A stretch of 64,000 nt of DNA from the NCBI GenBank assembly GCA_965216785.1, contig OZ244197.1, forward strand, positions 928,001 through 992,000. Direction: 5' to 3'. Below, piece after piece: positions 57,855 to 64,000 of this stretch. The translations under genes and the position numbers were made by a program. The stretch comes from Thermodesulfobacteriota bacterium. GTDB taxonomy: Bacteria > Desulfobacterota_D > UBA1144 > Nemesobacterales > UBA2774. Numbering within the stretch: position 1 is the stretch's first letter; each line of letters starts with the position of its first letter. The notes below the pieces were generated by a model. The model made no database searches and was not told the DNA's origin. It saw only the letters and a list, made by a program, of their open reading frames with translations.

Positions 57855-59042
57855 ATGAAAAGAGGATGGAGAATAAATAATAAGCTTTCTATATATACGC
57901 TTGGCATAGTCGGGTTTGTGCTTCTCTGTATAGTTTCGTTTCCAAAAGAGACGCTTGCCAATACCTATTACTATACAAAAACAGAAGACGGCACATTTCA
58001 CTACACCAATATCAAGCCTAAATCTACTGAATATAAGAGCGTAGATAGCCCTTGGGGAGTCCTTAAAACAGCGCCAAGAGTAAATAGAATAAAGAAAAGC
58101 GGTAGCTTTAAGTACTCCAGGGTTTACGATCGGCATATTCACAGCACAGCTAACTGGTACGGGGTAGACCCACTGCTAATTAAAGCGATTATAAAGGTAG
58201 AGTCCGATTTTAACCCTCATGCGGTTTCATCCAAGGGGGCCATGGGTATGATGCAGCTTATGCCCGGCACGGCCAAGAAAAACGGGGTTAAAGACGCGTT
58301 TGACGCGCAAGAGAACATTGAGGGCGGGGTCAGGTATTTCAGTAAGCTCATGCTCATGTTCAACCACAGGATCACTCTCGCTCTGGCAGGTTACAACGCC
58401 GGTGAAAACGCTGTTATTAAATACGGCTACAAGATCCCTCCTTATCCCGAGACCATAAATTATGTTGAAAAGGTCTATATACACTACGACAACCTCAGGA
58501 ACAAAAAGGTGAAAAGAAATATAGACTCCATGGTTGCGGAAAGATTCGATAAGAAGCCGATTCAAACCGTCGCGAAAACAAGCAATAATAATAGGACCAA
58601 AAAGAAAACCAGCTCTTTTGTTTATGTTGAGACGCTTGAAAGCGCAACAGTGGTTACAAACACGACCCGGAAAAATATATCTCCTCAAAAGCCAAAGGTT
58701 ATCTCAAAGCCTACGGTAAGAGCAAAATCAAGCACTGCCAAGTCCCCTGTTTATGCAGATGCCAATATAGACACTAACGCTAGCAGCCCTCCTGCCAAGG
58801 AGGGGCGTTATACTGTTCAAATTGCCTCATTCCCACAAGCCCGCTTTGCAAAAGAGATGGAAGCTGAGCTAAAGGCAAAGACATATCCTGCCTATGTTCA
58901 GAAAACCGATATACCCGGCAAGGGCACGTGGTATAGGGTAAGAGTAGGCCATTTCGGCACGAAAGAAGAGGCGCGCAGATTCGGTGATACAATAGTAAAT
59001 AAAGTGTCTTCGGTAAAATCCATATATGTCGCTATGAATTAA
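57855..59042 (+). CDS. Lytic transglycosylase (SLT) with C-terminal SPOR domain
   Basis: IKVESDFN..AVS.KGAMGMMQLMP, AGYNAG; SPOR YTVQIASF..WYRVRVGHF. Confidence 0.93.
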   Translation: MKRGWRINNKLSIYTLGIVGFVLLCIVSFPKETLANTYYYTKTEDGTFHYTNIKPKSTEYKSVDSPWGVLKTAPRVNRIKKSGSFKYSRVYDRHIHSTANWYGVDPLLIKAIIKVESDFNPHAVSSKGAMGMMQLMPGTAKKNGVKDAFDAQENIEGGVRYFSKLMLMFNHRITLALAGYNAGENAVIKYGYKIPPYPETINYVEKVYIHYDNLRNKKVKRNIDSMVAERFDKKPIQTVAKTSNNNRTKKKTSSFVYVETLESATVVTNTTRKNISPQKPKVISKPTVRAKSSTAKSPVYADANIDTNASSPPAKEGRYTVQIASFPQARFAKEMEAELKAKTYPAYVQKTDIPGKGTWYRVRVGHFGTKEEARRFGDTIVNKVSSVKSIYVAMN

Positions 59043-59249
59043 TTATTTTAAGTTCCCTAAAGGTTTTTTCCTACATTATATCTGTCTCTTATAACAATAC
59101 GCGGTTAGCTCATTTCTCTTTGATCCGGTAAAATACAATTATCCGGACGATTTAGCTTGACTAAGTTTACGCTTTTTTTTAAGATAATATGGGCGTCCGG
59201 AAGACTAACCCCCACTGACTTACACGGCTTACACAATGGAGGCATTGAC

Positions 59250-61247
59250 ATGAAACCTATTATTGTGGCGATACTGATTATAGCGGCATTTGCGTTTTTT
59301 GCTTACAACATTTGGAATCTTATAAAAATTCTCCGCATAGGTAAGTACGAGATGAGGTTCGACAATATTCCAGAGAGAATAAAACTCGTTCTCATTTACG
59401 TGTTCGGTCAGAAGAGGCTCGTTAAGAACTACACGTTCGCAGGCGTTGCGCATTTTATGATCTTCTGGGGATTCATCATTATTACCATCGGGACAATTGA
59501 ACTTTTGGTCGGAGGGGTATTCCCCGGGTTCAGGCTCATTCCGGGCTCCGCTCATCATTTTTACGAATTCATACTCGATATAGTGCAGTTCCTTGTGCTC
59601 GTAGCGATTATAATGGGGATAATAAACAGAACGACTATTGCGAAAAGAAGGGAAGTAAACGGGCTTGACGCGGTAGTTATTCTAGGACTAATATTCGGTT
59701 TAATGGTCACAGCGTTCGGATTTACCGGGGCCCAGCTGGCCATGGCCGGGGAAACCACAGGCTGGATGCCCGTATCGAGCGCTTTTGCGTCCATATTCTA
59801 CACAGGCATGAGTCAATCGGGCCTTGCGTATTCAGGCGAGTTCTTCTGGTGGTTCCACGTGCTTATCGTACTCGGATTTTTAAACTACCTTCCTTACTCA
59901 AAACACAGTCACGTTTTTACTGCTATACCGAACGTATTCTTCCAGGACTTAAAACCCAGAGGGGCATTGAACCCTATAGATTTTGAGAATATTCCGGACG
60001 ACATAGACCACTTCGGAGCGGGGAAACTCGAAGATTTCACATGGAAGGACATCCTAGATTCCTATACATGTACGGAGTGCGGCAGATGCACTGACAACTG
60101 CCCGGCCTGGCACACGGAAAAACCCCTGTCACCAAGGGAAATAGTTGTAAAGATAAGACACTACGCTTCAACAGAGGGCAAAGAGCTCCTAAACGGCGGA
60201 ACTGTAAGCGGAGACGGCTTCATTCCCGGACCCGAGTGGGTAACTGAGGACGAGCTATGGGCATGTACCAGTTGTAACGCCTGTGTCGAGCAGTGCCCCC
60301 TATTCATTGATCAGATGGGTAAAATCATGGAAATGCGCCGGTATCTCACACTAGAGGGCAGGATTACTGGATCCGCAATGAAGACGCTCCAGGCCCTGCA
60401 AACTCATGGTAACCCATGGGGCTTCAGCGAAAGCGACCGAGCCAAATGGCTTGCGGATGTTGAGGATATTAATGTTATAGGCGAAGAAGGTGTCGAGGAC
60501 GCGAGTGAGTTCGATTTCGTTTACTGGATGGGATGTTACGGCGGGTATGACCCTAGGGGACAGAAGATAGCAGATTCTGTAATTGCGCTACTACAAAAAG
60601 CCGGAGTGAAGTTTGCGGTGCTTGGTCCTCAGGAAAAATGTACCGGAGACCCCGCTAGAAGGTTAGGGGAAGAGGCCCTATACCAAATGCTTGCAATGGA
60701 AAATATTGAAAACATGAATGCGCTCAAGGTCAAAAAAGTCATAGCTAACTGCCCGCACTGCTTTAACACCATACAAAACGAATACCCTCAGTTCGGCGGA
60801 GATTTCGAAGTCATTAACCACACGGAGCTTTTAAACGAGCTTGTGGCGCAGGGAAGACTGACGCCTAAGGGTGAAGTGAACCAGGAAGTAGCCTATCACG
60901 ACCCGTGTTATCTCGGTCGCTACAACAGGGTGTTTGACGCGCCCCGCGAAGTGCTTCAGGCTATCCCGGGGCTAAAACTGGTCGAGCTCGACAGGAAGAG
61001 AGAAAGGAGCTTCTGCTGCGGCGCCGGAGGCGGAAAGATCTGGATGGAGGAAGAGGCTCCTAGGGTCAACTGGAACCGCTTTGAAGAGATAGCGGATAAA
61101 AACCCCGATACCCTTGCCGTGGCGTGCTATTTCTGCGATACCATGTTTGAGGATGCCGCTAAGCACGCAGGCAACGAAGATTTTGAGATTAAAGATATCT
61201 CTATGATCCTCAGAGAATCCATAGAAGCAGAAGAAAAAGATCAATAA
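59250..61247 (+). CDS. Membrane Fe-S oxidoreductase (FadF/HdrD-like, CCG domains)
   Basis: NarI-like TM part, CTECGRCTDNCP, CTSCNACVEQCP, HDPCYLGR, CCGAGGG; ATG 59250 with GGAGG. Confidence 0.9.
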   Translation: MKPIIVAILIIAAFAFFAYNIWNLIKILRIGKYEMRFDNIPERIKLVLIYVFGQKRLVKNYTFAGVAHFMIFWGFIIITIGTIELLVGGVFPGFRLIPGSAHHFYEFILDIVQFLVLVAIIMGIINRTTIAKRREVNGLDAVVILGLIFGLMVTAFGFTGAQLAMAGETTGWMPVSSAFASIFYTGMSQSGLAYSGEFFWWFHVLIVLGFLNYLPYSKHSHVFTAIPNVFFQDLKPRGALNPIDFENIPDDIDHFGAGKLEDFTWKDILDSYTCTECGRCTDNCPAWHTEKPLSPREIVVKIRHYASTEGKELLNGGTVSGDGFIPGPEWVTEDELWACTSCNACVEQCPLFIDQMGKIMEMRRYLTLEGRITGSAMKTLQALQTHGNPWGFSESDRAKWLADVEDINVIGEEGVEDASEFDFVYWMGCYGGYDPRGQKIADSVIALLQKAGVKFAVLGPQEKCTGDPARRLGEEALYQMLAMENIENMNALKVKKVIANCPHCFNTIQNEYPQFGGDFEVINHTELLNELVAQGRLTPKGEVNQEVAYHDPCYLGRYNRVFDAPREVLQAIPGLKLVELDRKRERSFCCGAGGGKIWMEEEAPRVNWNRFEEIADKNPDTLAVACYFCDTMFEDAAKHAGNEDFEIKDISMILRESIEAEEKDQ

Positions 61248-61313
61248 ATAGGCCGTTATTGTGATCTGAGCGAGGCAATCCCTCTCAATAACGCGTCCGA
61301 GCCTGAGACTTAC

Positions 61314-61384
61314 CATTCCTGAACGTCTTTATCAGGAATCCACTATCCGTCATTGCGAAGGAGCAAAGCGACTTCGGCAATCCC
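61314..61384. repeat. REP-like palindromic elements
   Basis: ATTCCTGA..TCAGGAAT hairpin and GTCATTGCGAAGGAGCAAAGCGACTTCGGCAATC. Confidence 0.65.
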
Positions 61385-61444
61385 CTCCAATCAAGCAACC
61401 TATTGTCCTTGTAAATACATATATTAGGGTTAAGATACTTTCAT

Positions 61445-62692
61445 ATGGGTACATTTCCTTCAAACCCCTCAATCTTTTTAGATTCCGGTAACGGCTGGCT
61501 CGGGGAACCGGGCCAAATGAACAGATATATACTTTTCGACTCACCAGTCGCAACACTCTCTTTCCAGGACGGCGAGACTGAAGTTGTCAAAGACGGTAGA
61601 GCTACAAGATCAAAACGCGATCCACTATACGTCCTGGAGGGCTATTTAGCGCAGGGGTACGCTGCAGCCGGATTTATCGGATATGAGTACTCAAAATATA
61701 CCGATTCCGGGTTTATGCCGGAACATAAAAAAGACGGAGAAAGGCTACCTGACATATTCTTTAATATTTATAAGCTGAACGAGAAGAAAATGGGCGATAT
61801 TACACAGCTGAAATATGACGTAACTCACTTAAAACAAACAGAATATTATTCAAATATGTCCTGCGAAGCAGAATTAACGTCGAATATGGATAAAGAGGCA
61901 TACAAGAATATGGTGAAGCGGGCAAAGAGCTATATAGAGGCGGGTGATATCTACCAGGCAAACCTATCACAGCGTTATATCACACAGTTTGATATGTCTC
62001 CGCTTGACTTTTTCCTTAGATTTTATGAGGCGCAGCCTGTACCATTTGGCTCCTACATGGATTTTGGCGATTTTCAGGTAATAAGCGGCTCAATGGAGCT
62101 GTTCTTAAGAAAAACTGGGAAAAAACTTCTAACCAGGCCCATAAAGGGAACGAGAAGGAGGGGGCAGACTGACGAGCTCGATATTGTAAAGCGCGCTGAG
62201 CTTGTAAGCAGCGACAAGGAGAGAGCAGAAAACCTGATGATAGTGGACTTGATGCGCAATGACCTCGGCAGGGTCTGTGAGAAAGGCTCTGTTAAAGTTA
62301 ACTGTCTGTTCGATATTGAAAGCTACTCGACCCTTCATCAAATGGTCTCAGATGTTGAGGGAAATCTCAATAAAGACAGTATGATAACAAAAATTATAGG
62401 AAATGTATTTCCTCCGGGCTCTGTGACCGGGGCGCCAAAAAGGAGGACGCTTGAGGTAATAGACGAGCTTGAACCGCACCTGCGAGGGCCTTACTGCGGA
62501 GCGCTAGGGATATTTTATCCAGACGGTGATTTCGTGTTGAGTGTCGGGATTAGGCTTTTGGTAACAAAAGGGAGGAAGGCTACCTTCTGGGTAGGGGGAG
62601 GTATTGTGTGGGACTCTGATCCTGAGAAGGAGTATGAAGAGACAGTCCTTAAATCATACGCTATAAAAAAAGCTTTGGGAATTACAGAATAA
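61445..62692 (+). CDS. pabB: Aminodeoxychorismate synthase component I
   Basis: GDIYQANLSQ, PIKGT, KERAENLMIVDLMRND, GSVTGAPK. Confidence 0.9.
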   Translation: MGTFPSNPSIFLDSGNGWLGEPGQMNRYILFDSPVATLSFQDGETEVVKDGRATRSKRDPLYVLEGYLAQGYAAAGFIGYEYSKYTDSGFMPEHKKDGERLPDIFFNIYKLNEKKMGDITQLKYDVTHLKQTEYYSNMSCEAELTSNMDKEAYKNMVKRAKSYIEAGDIYQANLSQRYITQFDMSPLDFFLRFYEAQPVPFGSYMDFGDFQVISGSMELFLRKTGKKLLTRPIKGTRRRGQTDELDIVKRAELVSSDKERAENLMIVDLMRNDLGRVCEKGSVKVNCLFDIESYSTLHQMVSDVEGNLNKDSMITKIIGNVFPPGSVTGAPKRRTLEVIDELEPHLRGPYCGALGIFYPDGDFVLSVGIRLLVTKGRKATFWVGGGIVWDSDPEKEYEETVLKSYAIKKALGITE

Positions 62693-62711
62693 GGTATATA
62701 ATTACAAAAGA

Positions 62712-63533
62712 GTGCAAAAGGTGGAAGACCTCTTATATCTGAATGGAAATAATGTAGGCAGCGAGCTCCCGCTTCGTTCACTATATTTCGGTGAGGGAGT
62801 GTTCGAGACCTTTCGTTACAATTCAGGACTCCCGAAACATTTCGACAAGCATATCAGACGTCTTAAAGAGGGTACGACTCTTTTAAAGATGGAAATGCCC
62901 GATGAAGGCTACATTGCGCAATTAATTAATCAGGCTGCAAGCGGGGCTACTCGTTCGGATCTATATATTAAGGTCTGTTTATTGTCCGAAGGGAGCAATC
63001 CATTTTACGAAAATTCTCAAGGAACACAGGTGCTTATACATGTAAAAGCATATCAGAGCCCTAAAGTAGCCATTAAAACGGGCGTGGGTTCGTTTACGAA
63101 AAACTCAAGCTCGCCTATTCTAAGAATTAAATCTTTTAATTACCTTGAAAATATCCTTGCGAGGCGCGAAGCTCTGAGCAAGGGGTATGACGAGGTCTTA
63201 TTTCTAAACGAGAAGGGAGATATCACAGAAGGCGGCGCCGGTAATATCTTCTGGTATAAAACCGGAATACTTTATACTCCCTCTGTTGAGTGCGGCATTC
63301 TTCCCGGAACTACTAGAGAGATATTACTTGATATAAAAGACAGGTTAGGTCTTGAAATAGAGGAGGGCGGATTCTCGTTAGAGGAGCTACTGAGCTCGGA
63401 ATTCGCGTTCTTCACAAACTCTCTTACTGCCTCTGTGGCTATTTCGCAAGTTGAAGATAAAATGATTCCTATGAACAATCCGGTTTACAGGATGATTCAT
63501 AAAGGATTACTAAAGGAATTGGGGTGGTTTTAG
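62712..63533 (+). CDS. pabC: Class IV aminotransferase/aminodeoxychorismate lyase
   Basis: GEGVFETF, KSFNY, EG..GN, ILPGTTR; follows pabB. Confidence 0.85.
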   Translation: MQKVEDLLYLNGNNVGSELPLRSLYFGEGVFETFRYNSGLPKHFDKHIRRLKEGTTLLKMEMPDEGYIAQLINQAASGATRSDLYIKVCLLSEGSNPFYENSQGTQVLIHVKAYQSPKVAIKTGVGSFTKNSSSPILRIKSFNYLENILARREALSKGYDEVLFLNEKGDITEGGAGNIFWYKTGILYTPSVECGILPGTTREILLDIKDRLGLEIEEGGFSLEELLSSEFAFFTNSLTASVAISQVEDKMIPMNNPVYRMIHKGLLKELGWF

Positions 63534-63609
63534 CTTTTTAAATCTCATAAAAAGAAGATGTTTATGCCAACCCCCTGTAATTAAAGAAAAAATAGAAAAG
63601 TGGAAGGAT

Positions 63610-63727
63610 TGTGGATAAAATATCACAAATATTTCATATTAAATCTCTAACCCTCTGAAATCATTGACATATATGTCTTAACAAAGTCTTAATAAATGTG
63701 GAAAAATCTATCCACAAGTGTGGATGT
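63610..63727. promoter_or_regulatory. DnaA-box cluster (oriC candidate)
   Basis: TGTGGATAA 63610 (perfect), TGTGGAAAA 63697, CTATCCACA 63708, TGTGGATGT 63719; AT-rich flank. Confidence 0.7.
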
Positions 63728-63740
63728 TTCACGTGAAACA
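63725..63740. promoter_or_regulatory. parS: parS centromere site
   Basis: Perfect palindrome TGTTTCACGTGAAACA. Confidence 0.92.
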
Positions 63741-63751
63741 TGTGAATTGGA

Positions 63752-64000
63752 TTATTTGCCTACGCAGAACTTGCTGAATATTCTGCCTAGTACGTCTTCT
63801 GTTGTAACTTCACCGGTTATTTCTCCCAGTGAGTTTAGGGCGCCCCTTAAGTCGAAGGCTGAAAATTCGGGAGACTCCCCGGCTTGAAAGGTTTTAAGAA
63901 AAGTCTTTAGGCTTTCTTGGGATGTTTCTAGTGCGCTTTTGTGTCTTAGCTCTGTAAGAATGATTTCGCCCTCTTTAGAGTAGTTTTGGCGGCTTATTAA
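63752..64000 (-). CDS. mnmE: tRNA modification GTPase, 3' end only
   Basis: Manual translation ends LGEITGEVTTEDVLGRIFSKFCVGK*. Confidence 0.95.
   Translation of the reverse strand, partial: LISRQNYSKEGEIILTELRHKSALETSQESLKTFLKTFQAGESPEFSAFDLRGALNSLGEITGEVTTEDVLGRIFSKFCVGK

Noticed and set aside
63696-63887. 63-aa plus-strand ORF containing VSRET
   Set aside because: Antisense to mnmE; VSRET is simply the translated parS palindrome

Overview
Bacterial chromosomal window. The gene content suggests a deltaproteobacteria-like lineage (Desulfobacterota/Dadabacteria is an inference). It lies close to the replication origin: a perfect parS palindrome, DnaA boxes and the 3' end of mnmE sit at the right edge. 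Most of it is housekeeping: ispD, ispE, grxD-bolA, prmC-murA-hisG, pstSCAB-arsC-phoU, hisC-tyrA, mutS, groESL, speB, radC, pabBC. There is also an egtB-egtD ergothioneine cluster with a betaine-type ABC transporter, an exosortase H locus, and a c-di-GMP-I riboswitch ahead of a lytic transglycosylase-SPOR gene. An accessory stretch (about 9.3-24 kb) ends at tRNA-Glu(CTC). It holds a 1882-aa CEMIP/TMEM2-like surface protein, several orphan lipoproteins, and an integrase-less 3.2-kb islet. The islet's distal end is a composite attachment scar: a duplicated tRNA 3' half fused to an internal comM fragment that breaks at the centre of a perfect inverted repeat. Other notable unannotated signals: (1) a ~200-nt highly structured, switch-like leader RNA behind a perfect sigma70 promoter, upstream of a Tat lipoprotein; (2) a stand-alone small RNA carrying tandem anti-Shine-Dalgarno motifs; (3) two tandem TetR-sigma factor modules with visible operators; (4) a free-standing ECF42-type C-terminal domain.
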